Translations under genes and position numbers: made by a program | Source of the DNA: Rhodosorus marinus CCMP1338 | Taxonomy: Eukaryota > Plantae > Rhodophyta | Length of the DNA: 64,000 nt | Assembly (NCBI GenBank): GCA_029953675.1 | Contig: JAMWBK010000012.1 | Location: 434,001 to 498,000 of the forward strand | Direction: 5' to 3' | The notes under the pieces: generated by a model | What the model saw: the letters and a program-made list of their open reading frames with translations, nothing else | What the model was told of the DNA's origin: nothing | Databases searched by the model: none | Shown here: positions 9,485 through 20,856 of the stretch, piece by piece | Layout of the letters: every line of letters starts with the position of its first letter | Position numbering within the stretch: position 1 is the stretch's first letter

Positions 9485-12400
9485 CTTAGTTACAATCCGT
9501 CGTCACAGAGGCTCAACATCAGATTGGATCTTAAATACACTACGGGTAGTTCACGTACTGGCACTAATAGTCTCCTAGTGCTCCCTCAGCTTTTAGGTCT
9601 TCTCGACAGAATCGGGCGCGTCACGCGGTGGCAGGCGGTGATCTGCGGCGGGCAGCCGGGATCCTCCAGCAGCGGCAACCTGTGGTTCCATACTCCGATG
9701 ATCTTTCTTCACCGCTCCGTTTGCTCTTTCCCTCGGAAGGTTCCCCTTGGGACCCCTCGTTTGAATCAGTATTGGAAGAGTACCGCGCCGCGCCACATCC
9801 CAGTGCGCGGTTAGTGGTCAATCTGGAGGCGGTGCGTGAGTTGGTTCATGATGCTCCGAAGGGCCGTTCCCCAGGGCCCTCGGGGCTGCGGGTGGAATAT
9901 CTCCGTTTCTTAAGTGATGAAGGTTTGAAGGCGTTGGCGTGGGTGGTCGAAGCGCTTGTGAATGGTGATCCCCTGTGTGAGTGTGCGTGGTTCTTGGTCG
10001 GGCGTTCTCAGTTGTGTCTGCTTTCGAAGCCCGGCCACACGGCCTCGAGCCCTGCTATTCGCCCTATTGGCCTGGTTGAGGTGGTCCGCAAATTGGCGGC
10101 GCGATGGTTAGTGAAAATCCTGGTTCCCGAATCCCGCCGTCTCTTTGGGCACGTGCAGTTAGGCGTGGGCTATCGTGGTGGCTGTGAGTTGTTGTCTGTT
10201 TTACTCCGTTCGGAAATGGCGTACTCCCCAGATTCTGGGCTCCTCTCTGTAGATTTTACCAATGCGTTCAACCGCGTCTCTCGTCCGGCTCTCATGCACG
10301 TGGTGCGCGAAGTCTTCCCTGTAGACTTTCCCTTTGTTAGTAGACTTTATTCTCCGCTTGGTCGTGGGGCTACCTATGACACCCTTGGCGCTTCCTCACA
10401 CACGTTTGCGGCGCGCACAGGGGTACAACAGGGTGATCCCTTGTCCCCTTTCCTACATGCCTGTGGACTACAACTCGTCTTGCTTTGTCTTCGCTCCGAA
10501 TTCCCGCAGGTTCGTACGGTTGCATACCACGACGACGTGTGCCTCCTGGGGCCCCCTGATACTCTAGCACTCGCTTATGATCGTCTCCGCTCCTTGGCTT
10601 CGCGGGTTGACCTGGAGGTTAATCATCACAAATCGTTCTACTGGGGAGGTGTAGCTGCACAAGAGCAGCAGGTACCTGCGTCGTTCCAGGATATTTGGAG
10701 ACCGGATGGTTTTGTCCACTTAGGCATCCCCTACGGGTCGCCGTCCTTCGTTGAAGGCGAGTTGCTGCAGCTCCTCGGTTAGCACAGACAGCTGGTTGCA
10801 GAGCTTCGACGGCTACCTCCGGGCTTTCTCCAGTGCTCGTTGTTGCTGTTTCGGTATTGTTGCAGCCAGCGGTTAACCTATTGGCTTCGCTCACTTCCAA
10901 CTCATTGGGGCCCGTGGTTGGCCACTCGTGCGGATGCTGAAAGTTTCCGTGACCTGGGGTATTTTCTCGATGAAGAGCTGAGCGCTCTGCCGCGACCCAC
11001 CTGTGATGTTGTGCGCGCCCAGGTAGGCCTCCCATTGCGATTGGGGGGACTGGGCCTCTGCAATCGTGTTGTGGTCCAACCTGCAGCCGCAGTAGGGGCC
11101 TGGGGAACCGCACTTCCCACTTTGAGCAGCTTGGGTATCTCGAAGTTCCGCAATTTGATGGCGAGCCTCTCGCGGGGTGTCTTGCTTCCCAGCGTACCGG
11201 AAAGCGCCCAAGACTTGTTTCTGGAGCTCCAAACCGCCCTGAATTCCTGTACTAGTCTCCCCGAAACCGTTCAACCCCGTCTTCCTGACTGGCGAGCTGT
11301 ATTTAACCGCTCTCGAGGCTCCGCCCCGGGGATTCGTCCTGCGCCTGAACCTGTTCTAGGGGAGATTGACCCAGTGGTTGCCGCAGAAGAAGAAGTTCCA
11401 GTTGATGCTCCTGATGATTCCCAGCGCGCTGGGAGCCGAGCTCAAGCACGCACGGATGCGCTGCAAAATATCCTTTCTTGGGACTTGCACCGTGCTGCAT
11501 ATGGCCGACTCCTCGCGCAGATGGTCTCATCTTCTCGCGCTCGCGCCCGCCTACGTAGTCTTGGAGGGGTTATTAGCTCTCAGTGGCTCATGACCGTACC
11601 AGCCTTTCCGCCACTCACACTGTCGGATTTCGAAGTGCGTACTTCACTGCGCTTATACCTCGGCTTACATCAGCCCCCTTGGCCGTACGAGATGGGTTCG
11701 TCGTGCCCTCTCTGCTCTCAGACTGAAGACAACGCAGATTTTGGCGCCCACCTGCTCGCTAGTTGCCCGGCGGTGAAAGGTGCTCGAACCCGCCGCCACA
11801 CACGGATCTTGAACCTGTTATACCGGGAACTTCGGCCTATAGTCCGGCAAGCCGGTCTGGAAATCGAACGTGAGAAACCTTTACCCGTCGCGGACTTTCA
11901 AAATGATGAACGCCGTGTAGCCGACCTGGTGATCACCTGTGACGACAGCCGCCGTACCACATACGTTGATCTTGCTGTTCCTAACCCTCAAGCTAGTCGT
12001 TATCTCCCGGCTGCGGGGGAGCGCCGTGGATCTGCCTCCGCCAGCATGAGACGCCGCAAAGAGATCAAATACGCGGGGGCTTTGTCTTCCCCTGGTGTTC
12101 GTGCTTCGGCACTAGCACATCGCTTGGTACCCCTGATCATTGAGTGCTTTGGGTTCATGGACTCTGTTGGTTCTCGCTGGCTTCGGGAGTTGTTCCGCGA
12201 ACGCCCTGACCGTCTTCAATCGTTGTTTACCCGCTTAAGTTTCCTGCTGTAGCGCATGAATGCCGCTTTGATGTTGGAGGCGCGAGTACTTCGCCGCGCT
12301 TAGTCTTTTTTTCCCCTCGGGGTTTTTTTTTCAGCCTCCGATTAAACCATTCGTTCGTCGCAATAGTAGTGGTGCTATAGTAGACCCTACTACTGGAGAT

Positions 12401-12682
12401 ATTAAGGATCACGAAATCTGTGAGCCCTTGATTAGAGCAGAAGGTGGACCGGGGAATTCAGCCATCGTAAGTGTGGAAAATCTGCAGCTAGAAATCGAAG
12501 GCACCGAAGTTTTCGATCTCGGGACCTTCTCCCACAACAGCGATGACGGTGGCTCGACACTTGTGAAATTCTGTCGTGACGACTACGGTGGAGGTTTCGT
12601 GTTCACAGGCGATATCGAGCTCGACGGAGAGTTGGGGGATTGGACTGTTCAAATTAAATGCGGCACTCGCCCACTAACGTAA
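9485..12682 (+). pseudogene. Putative host ORF remnant interrupted in frame by the family B insertion
   Basis: Removing 9572-12367 (element plus one TSD copy aatagt) joins 9485-9571 and 12368-12682 into one 133-codon open frame. Confidence 0.5.
9572..12361 (+). mobile_element. Family B non-LTR retrotransposon, 5'-truncated 2.8 kb copy (RT/CCHC/RLE) with two nonsense codons
   Basis: IRPIG, QLGVG...GGCE, GVQQGDP, YHDD, CPLC...H...C, RRVADLV...YVDL. TAG at 10780 and 12250 (TGG in sister copies at the latter site). U-rich 3' UTR and attaaaccattcgttcg tail. Confidence 0.93.
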
Positions 12683-13119
12683 ATGCCCTTCGACCCCGCA
12701 GCACTACTCACTCTGTTGCAGTAGTGTTTTGGAGGCTCGTGATCTTCGGCTTTGGCGGTCTTGTTTCCCACTTGTGCTGTTTTCCTCAAATTAGCGAATA
12801 AACGCCGTCGTTCCAAACCCGCAAATAGTCTGCCTTCGAAGGCGGATCACCCTGTTAACAGACGGCAGCTGATCTGCATCTGTGGAATGCTTCCCTTAAG
12901 CTCCACGTAAATGATGTAAATCTGCAAACTTCAGTCTGTTTGCTAACACCCCCAAACCATTAATTTCAGCATCTTCCACTTGACATTTGGTGCCGCATAA
13001 TGATGGATTCTTCTGGTAACGGGTTTCGTCAGAAAATCTGCTACCATCTCTTTTGTCGAACGATGGTGCATGTCCATTGTCTTGGTCCTTACGAGATCTC
13101 TGAGCCATTACTTGCGTCA

Positions 13120-14318
13120 GCTCTATGCTGGGGTTAATCCTGGACCACCATTTCCCTGAGCTGGAAGCAGTGTACCGGCTTGGCTACGGAAATGACGGCA
13201 CGATGCTCCTACACTCTTCGGATGGCGTGATAACCACGTTCCAGGCCAAGACGACACCCATCGCTTGAAGCTTCGGGCCACAACGGGAGTTCAACAAGGA
13301 GATCCCGTGGGTCCGATCCTACATGCGCTCTCCCTGGCGCGTTTCTCAACAAAGCCCCTGATTTAGCCGTTGTGGCGATTCACGATGAGATAACCATCGT
13401 AGGGCCGCTAAAACTACTGAAAGATTCAATACACGGGGGTCAGACTCCACTTCCCTTACTCGGAGCCCGACTGCAGCTTGCCAAAAGCACCTTCTACGGC
13501 ATCACGTTGAGCACGCCTCGACTGCTCAGCCGCGACATCACTGGAGTCACGGCGACGCGAGACGGAGTTACCATCCATTCGATTCCGATTGGAACACGCG
13601 CTTACATCCAAAGCGAGTGCCGTCGGCTACAAAACAACCACGAGAAACTATTTAAGGAGATAGTTCACCTGCCTCCTGAGCAACTGACTACGAAAATGGC
13701 CCTCTTTCGGTATTGTTCTGAGTCACGCCTGGACTAATTTCTACGCTGCCTCGCCTACGCCTTTTGAGGAACACTTTCACGGGAGGCGGACGCCCTGACG
13801 CGTTATCACCTAGATACGCTATTTGGAGGCCTCATTACCACGGCCGTCGAGGACCCTGACTACGAAAACCCTACACTAGACCAGATCCCACTCCCCTGTC
13901 GATGGGGAGGACTGGGATTCACTACGAGACAACGGATCCAGCCCATCGCCTTCTACTCGGATTGGTGCAAAACTTTCAAAGGTAATCACGGGCAACGGCC
14001 ATAACCTCACCGAGGTACAAGAACAATCATCTTCGGAGGCGCATCCAGACACACACAAACTGAGGAGAATCCAAAGGTCAACAGCACAGCTTCCTGACCG
14101 AATCCGCGCGTCTGCAGCAGCAACACAACGCAGACTGCGACCAGAGGCCCCCGAGCGAACAAAAAATCTAGCCACCCTGAGGCAGAGAACCGAAACCGCT
14201 CCAGGAGCAGACGAAGCCGATCCCCCTGCATGGTAACATGGTTCCATTCAACAAACCCTCTCCAGAGAGGCACACCTTGCAGCTTTCCAAAGACTGGTAT
14301 CCCACGGGCAAATTTCGG
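13120..14318 (+). mobile_element. Degenerate family C-like RT fragment
   Basis: HFPELEAVYRLGYG, TGVQQGDPVGP, IHDE, KMALFRYC, LPCRWGGLG resemble ORF 27235-30380. Confidence 0.8.
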
Positions 14319-14483
14319 CAGGGTGGCTAGATTTTTTATTCGCTCGGGGGCCTCTGGTCGCAGTCTGCGTTGTGTTGCTGCTGCAGACGCGCGGATTCGG
14401 TCAGGTTGTAAGCTGTGCTGTTGACCTTTGGATTCTCCTCAGTTTGTGTGTGTCTGAATGCGCTTCCGAAGATGATTGCTCTT
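14019..14483. repeat. Inverted repeat: ~160-bp arms (14019-14179 and 14319-14483), ~140-bp spacer
   Basis: Arms are near-perfect reverse complements (a 4-nt insertion and a few substitutions). Confidence 0.92.
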
Positions 14484-14614
14484 ACCCCAGTCTAATTGGA
14501 TACCTCCAAGCAATGTACCGTCCTCGTCCACCAAATCCACAGTGAAGAGATTACAAGAAATCTCTTGAACAGGGGCACTTCACCACATGTTGGGGCGCAG
14601 CTGACAACACCCAA

Positions 14615-16044
14615 CAGCCTTCAACCGCACTGGGGCTCGTGGATGGGTGCAGCCAAGGCAGACGAGGCGACGCTGAAGCACTGGGGAACGCTCTTGGATG
14701 AACTGGATGTGGAAGCGGCTCCTGACCGGGACCTAATTCGTGGCCAGATTGCCCTACCTTTACGATTAGGCGGATTTGGAGTGGCCGACCGTGGACTCGT
14801 ATGCTCGGCTGCGGAGGTCGCCTCCTGAGCTACCGCGCTTCGCACCTTGGTGAGTTTTCGGATGCGAAGTGCCTGCCTTTTGGCTAGGGCACTGACTAGC
14901 GAATACCCCGTGATCCTTCCGCCACCGCTTTCGAGTATTTATGATGCTTTCCAACAGGCGTTCAGTAAGTGAACGCCGTGCCGGACGAGAGCCGATCCTG
15001 ATTTCGCCTGGAAGGAGCTCTTATTGGGACGAACTGAGGCGATCGAGGACTCTCCCATCAACAGAGTACTACCGACGAGGGGGAAGCTAGCCCCGGGTCA
15101 CCGGTTGCCGATTACCCGGGTCTGGGCCGATTGTGGAGCTCGCGCACTGATGTGATTCAACACAGTCTCACCTGGGGCCAACACAGTGCCGCTCAGGCAA
15201 TCTTGCTCAACTATCCTCTCACACCGCCCACCACCGCCGTTCGCCTCCACGGCATGGGAGGCCATCTATCACATTTGTGGTTTACGACTGTGTCATCCCT
15301 GGGTCACCGTCTGGATGCCTTCCAGTTTCGCTCTGCCGCACGGATTTACCTGGGTTTGCCGCAAGCTCCGTGGCACTCTAATCGGCCGTCTTTCCATCGG
15401 GGATGTGAGGGTCGGATCGATGCGTGTGGTTACCATTTCCTAGGTTCATGCGGACTGTTGAGAGGTCTTCGTACGAGGCGTCACACTCGCTTCAAGTACA
15501 TCCTTAGCGAATGTTTGACTCGGGTAGGGCATACGGTTGAGGTGGAATCGGAACTACTCAGATCGCTCTCGGATAGGGCAACGCCCCGCTGTATCGCAGA
15601 TCTCCTCGTCTCCGATGCTCCCGCCAGACGCTCAGCTTATGTTGACCTCGCGATTACATGCCCTGTGGCAAGCGCCCATCTCACGGCCGCCGCCCGCCGC
15701 CGGGGAGCAGCTGATTCGGCCCTTCGCCGAGTGAAGGAACGACGGTATGCTGAGAGTATGGCCAGTCTGCCTCGCGCTGAGGGTTGCTCCCATCGGTTCC
15801 AGCCTTTCATTGTGGAAAGCTTTGGTCACGTGGAGAACCACTCGGGTTTAGAGTGGTTGCGGAAATGTTTTACTGAGCATCCTGTTGAATACTTGGAACT
15901 TTTGCGGCGTTTAAGAGTCTCTCTGTGGCGATATTCGAGCAGCATGCTTGCCGAGGCGCGCCATCGGCGCCTAGGCTTGCAGGCTTCCCTACCCAGTTCT
16001 TAGTTCCTTTTCACGCTTTGTGTAGCGCTTTAGGCTATGCTAAT
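14615..16044 (+). mobile_element. Family A' 5'-truncated copy with stops and frameshifts
   Basis: QIALPLRLGGFGVADRGLV and ORF 15131-16003 (CCHC/RLE); ends gctatgctaat. Confidence 0.9.
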
Positions 16045-16164
16045 GATATTCCAGCGACATGCTTTCCGAGGCGCGCCATCGGCGCCTGGGGTTGTATACT
16101 TCCCTCCCTAGTTATTAGTTCATCTTCACGCCTTGCGTAGCGCTTCAGGCTATGCTAGTAAAGT
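16045..16164 (+). mobile_element. Family A 120-nt 3' fragment fused to the 5' side of U2
   Basis: gatattccagcgac...gctatgctagtaaagt, matching the A 3' end. Confidence 0.93.
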
Positions 16165-16353
16165 CTTCTCGGCCTTTTGGCTAAGATCAAGTGTAGTATC
16201 TGTTCTATCAAGTGTAACAACTTGATGCATCTAAATTTTAGATGCTTTTGTTACAAATATTTTTCTGGAGGGGTTTATGTTTGGTTAGTGGCTTGCCACG
16301 CCCGTTTACCGCGCTTTGCTCAGATTTTGCACTGCTTTCTGTTGCGGAGCACC
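16165..16353 (+). ncRNA. U2: U2 spliceosomal snRNA sequence, missing about 4 nt at the 5' end; probably a retrocopy
   Basis: CTTCTCGGCCTTTTGGCTAAGATCAAGTGTAGTATCTGTTCT; branch-point recognition GTAGTA (16193-16198); stem IIa (16207-16226), IIb (16227-16245), IIc complement (16213-16220/16248-16255); Sm-like ATTTTTCTGG; stem III with CTTG loop; stem IV with TTGCAC loop. Confidence 0.97.
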
Positions 16354-16355
16354 TC

Positions 16356-16468
16356 TTCAGCGACATGCTTTCCGAGGCGCGCCATCGGCGCCTGGGGTTG
16401 CATACTTCCCTCCCTAGTTATTAGTTCATCTTCACGCCTTGCGTAGCGCTTCAGGCTATGCTAGTAAA
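16356..16468 (+). mobile_element. Family A ~112-nt 3' fragment fused to the 3' side of U2
   Basis: cagcgacatgc...gctatgctagtaaa. Confidence 0.93.
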
Positions 16469-17598
16469 TTTATGATGGTCTTCAACACGCGTTCAGGAGG
16501 TGCAACGCCGTGCCGGACGCAAATCGGTCCCGCTTTCGTTCCTGGAGGGAGCTGTTATGGGGACGAGCTGAAGCGATTGAGGATTGTCCCCTCGACCGAG
16601 TTCTTGCCGATGACGGAGAGGCTAGCCCCGGGCCCCCTGTTGCAGACTACCCGGGTTTGAGCCGATTGTGGAGCTCCCGCGCTGATGTGATTCAACATAG
16701 CCTCACCTGGGGCCAACACAGTGCCGCTCACACAGTCATGCTCAATTCTCCTCTCACGCCGCCTACCACTGCCGCTCGTCTCCGCGGCATGGGAGGCCAC
16801 CTCTCGCACTTGTGGTTAACCACTCTACCGTCGTCATTGAGTCATCGTCTCGATGCTTTCCAGTTCCGTTCTGCCGCACGGATCTATCTCGGTTTGCCAC
16901 AGGCTCCGTGGCACTCTAATCGGCCGTCTTTCTGTCAGGGATGTGAGAGCCGGATTGACGCTTGTGGCTACCACTTCCTGGGTTCCTGCGGACTGTTGCG
17001 AGGTCTCCGTACGAGGCGTCACACTCGCCTCAAGTACATCCTCAGCGAATTTTTGACTCGGATAGGGCATACGGTTGAGGTTGAGTCGGAACTGCCCAGA
17101 TCCATCTCGGACTCTGCACCGCCCCGTTGTATAGCCGATCTCCTCGTCTCCGACGCTGCTGCCAGACGCTCAACATATGTGGACCTTGCGATTACCTGCC
17201 CCGTGGCCAGCGCCCACCTCACCGCAGCCGCCCGCCGCCGGGGGGCCGCGGCTTCAGCCCTTCGAAGAGTTAAGGAACGACGGTATGCTGAGAGCATGGC
17301 CAGTCTGCCTTGCGCTGAGGGTCGCTCTCACCGGTTCCAGCCATTCATTGTGGAAAGCTTTGGTCACGTGGATAAGTCGGGTTTAGAGTGGTTGCGGAAA
17401 TGTTTTGCTGAGCATCCTACTGAATATTTGGCGCTCTTGAGGCGTTTAAGTGTCTCCCTTTGGCGATATTCCAGCGACATGCTTTCCGAGGCATACTTCC
17501 CTCCCTAGTTATTAGTTCATCTTCACGCCTTGCGTAGCGCTTCAGGCTATGCTAGTAAATTCCAGTAAAGTCCAGTAAAGTCCAATAAAGTCCAGCAA
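16469..17598 (+). mobile_element. Family A 1.1-kb 3' fragment with the 23-nt deletion and a long tail
   Basis: ORF 16510-17508, near-identical to 4525-5590 but ending EAYFPP. Confidence 0.95.
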
Positions 17599-18668
17599 GG
17601 GGTTTTTGCTGGGGTTTTGTTGTGAACATTGGGGTTTTGTTTCTTTTTCGGTCGTGAGCGTGTTCGTTTACGGGAAGCGCTTTCTCTGGTACGCCTTCCC
17701 CTCGATTTTCCGCGGTGCGTCGTTTGCATTTGCAACTACTTCTGTCTTCGGGGTGGGTGTGTTGCGGGGCCTTTCCTATTTGGGTTGGGTGTGGTCGATT
17801 ATTCTCTCGGTGCGGTTTCATATTGGTGGTGCAACGTTTCCTTTGCGCATTCCCTCAGGATGGTAGGGATATCTCCGCGCTCGACGGAGCCTCATCCCAA
17901 GGAGGCACTGCCAGGTGGGGGACTCCGTGTTCGCCTCAGCTGCGGCACCTTTTCCTCCGAGGTTGACTTGGAAGGCGCTTCTGGCACCCAGGCGCGTGCA
18001 CTTATCTCCGCTGTCACCAGCCTGATCACGGCTGTGAGTGATCGTGGAGTGCTCCCTCAGCTCACCCAGAAGCTAAGTGGGCTGAAATCGGGATTGCTGG
18101 CCAGGTCAAATTCAAATTCGGACGAGAATTTGAATTGCACCAGAGTGGCAGCGTTGGCTGAAGGCAGTCAACATCAGGTCAATCAACATGAACCTGTCCC
18201 GGGACAGGCGAGGGCGGTTGCTTCTGCGAGGGACAGTACGACGTTGGGGAGCGGCAGGCAGGGCCAAAACGCGCTTCAGCGATCGGGGACTCGAGGCAAT
18301 GGTGGTGATGACTGTGCGGCAACCGGTGTGGAGGAGACTGCAGCTGTGGACTTCCCTCTCTTGGGCCAGTCCTCAGGTGGTCACCAGCTCCCGGTTACTG
18401 CGGGGGCACGTGGAGGCCGCAAGGGGGGCCCTTCGTACGCCTCAGTCTTGCGGAAGGGCACCACTGCCACACGTACGGCGGCTATGCTCCGTTTCCTACC
18501 ATCTCGCGAGCCTCAGGATGGACCTGTGGAGACAACTCTCCAATTTCTGTGGGTGAGAAATGTCCGGCCCCAGACTACACGAGGCCAGGTTCCATCTATG
18601 AGAGACTTCGGGGGGACACTTTTGCGGAACGCTAGGGTGGAGCCGGGGTGATTTCTTCTTCGCAAACT
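17599..18668 (+). mobile_element. Family A 5' part (5' leader + N-terminal half of ORF1), 3'-truncated
   Basis: Homologous to the reverse complement of 8230-9135 and extends about 160 nt further 5'. Confidence 0.88.
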
Positions 18669-18695
18669 ATATATGTAACCCCAGACTATATATAT

Positions 18696-18779
18696 ATATT
18701 CCTCTTCCACCCCTCGGACAACCGCGAACTGCATTATTTCATATATTATTAATATTAATTAAACATTTTTACGTTTTAG
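18696..18779 (+). repeat. 84-bp AT-rich dispersed repeat, copy 2
   Basis: Matches 9401-9484. Confidence 0.9.
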
Positions 18780-19030
18780 GCAGAAGGCTAAAAAAAGATG
18801 AATCTATATTCAATCAGATATGATAGGTTCAATCAATAGCAAATGCTTCACTACCCCGCTTACGACAGGGCGTATATCTGCAGATGATCTCGTACAATGA
18901 AATTATTTTCTACATTCTTCTTTCTTACGCGTTCCATTTAGGGGTGAACGATATGTACGAGTGCGAATCTTTACTTCAATCCATTGTTCCATAGTCAATC
19001 AATGTGAGAGTTTTTGATAGGGGGAGCACT

Positions 19031-19193
19031 TGGTGGTGGTGGTTTTACTGGTTTTTCTTAGCATAGCCTAAAGCGCTACGAAAGGCGTGAAAAGGAACTA
19101 AGAACCCGGGAGGGAAGCGTGCAAACCCAGGCGCCGATGGCGCGACTCGGCGAGCATGTTGTTAAAATACCGCCAGAGTGCGATACTTAAACG
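19031..19193 (-). mobile_element. Older family A 3' fragment with (AGTAAAACCACC)-type tail
   Basis: ggtggtggtggttttactgg...gcatagcctaaagcgctacg. Confidence 0.85.
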
Positions 19194-20425
19194 AGGGAGA
19201 TGGGATGGTGGTGATTTTTCTAGATGTATCCTTAATTTGAGAAGTTCCTGCCTGTGGCAGACTACCAGAGGGATGAACTCCGTGTTGACGACCTGGTTGT
19301 TGCAATCTACTCTCCCCTCACACCGCCTACTTGGAGAGCGCGTGCACGAGCACCATGACTCAGGAGGTGATCCAAGCGCAAGTACCTAACAAACGAGCCC
19401 ATCCACACTAACGTAACCTCCAGTGCGCTAGGTACTGCCTTAACACCTATCACCATCATCACCTGTCACTGTAGCAAAAATAAGACCACTTTCGGCCTTT
19501 GTTCCATACATAGCCATCTCCCTCCAATTACATATGAAGTTTACGACATCTCGGCTCGATGTGTCCACCCAGAAGAGCATCTCACACTCTAGCCCCTCTC
19601 TCGAAGATAGCAAGTCTTGCTCTCTTGTTTTTAAAAATCGCGCGGATCCATCCGAACTTCGCCGAGCTCTGGTGACAAGCTCTCCATAGTGCGGAATTTA
19701 CCTCAACTTCCATAAAAGCTACCCCCCGTGTACTTTCCCCTCTCCTCCTTCCTGCATCACAAATATTGAAATAATTAAAATCTGACCATAAAATAGATAT
19801 CTGTCCGCATCTTATGCGGGGTGGGGAAAACCTTTTCTTCGAGTAACTGTCAGCCGCATCGGAACGAATATACGGCCCAACGTTTCAGATCCGCTAGCCT
19901 CGGACGCCGCCGCCCGACAGTCAATGTATATGGACCTCGCTGCTTTTGGAGTAGCTCCGGGAATGTTCTACCACTATCCCGCCGAATATCTGGTGTACCC
20001 CTACGCCGATTAAGTGTCCTTCTATTGAACTAATATTAGCAATCTACTGGGCTCGCCCACTTCTGTCCCTGGTAGCTAGTTCGGGTTAACGCCCTGCATA
20101 GTACTTAAAGCTAAGCTAGTATCCCAACCGTATAAAGAGTTGATCAAGGGGGCCTGACTCCAGTTTTTTTTATGTAGTCCTCTCTAGAGAAGTTTACCAT
20201 GTTTACACAACTAAGGTCGACGAACCTTAGAATCATCCATCTACGTATAGTGGTTATCCATAACACACGAAAAGTCTGCTCGGACTAGATAAGATAATCA
20301 GGGGTTCTCAAAAGCGTGGAACCTTCATGTAGTCTGCGGCAAGTCATTGTCCAAACAACTCAGCTCTCATTCCTCTATAGGCAGTGGTTCCTGAGCTCAA
20401 AGTATTTTGCTCAGTTCTTCATTAC

Positions 20426-20514
20426 GGTTTACACTTACACTTTTCATTTTATTCTTACACTTTATGACATTTTACACTTTTGGACACTTTTTTACACTTT
20501 TATACACTTTTTGG
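20426..20514. repeat. Degenerate (TTTTACAC)n low-complexity tract
   Basis: About 8 imperfect units of ttttacac/ttacactt. Confidence 0.75.
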
Positions 20515-20856
20515 TCTGATACCCTTCCAGGTGGGAATACACCCACTCACTTGCAACTATTAAAATGGGAGGGAGGTAAACTCTGGACGGCAGAGGTGTC
20601 ATATCGATGTGGGCTGGTGGGTGAAGAGATCCGTAAAAGTATGATATTTCATGAGCTTGGTTAAGAGATTGGATAGATCTGTTTAAGGTGTGATATTCCT
20701 GAGGTGAGTTGTCGGGCGGCATTCGTCGTCTTGGGGGTTGTGGTGGTGGAGTATTGGATGTAGCATTTTGTGTTCAAAGCCTTTTCGAAAGTATTGTTCG
20801 ATGCTGTAGACGAGTGGCCGGTACCTCTCCGAGTAAGAAACAGCTGTTTTGTAAGG

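Noticed and set aside
17680-17725. HDV-like ribozyme in the family A 5' leader
   Set aside because: Could not build the P1/P3 pairings around the candidate L3 sequences.
19489-19501. ttcggccttttg as a second U2 fragment
   Set aside because: Only 12 nt with no continuation; chance match likely.
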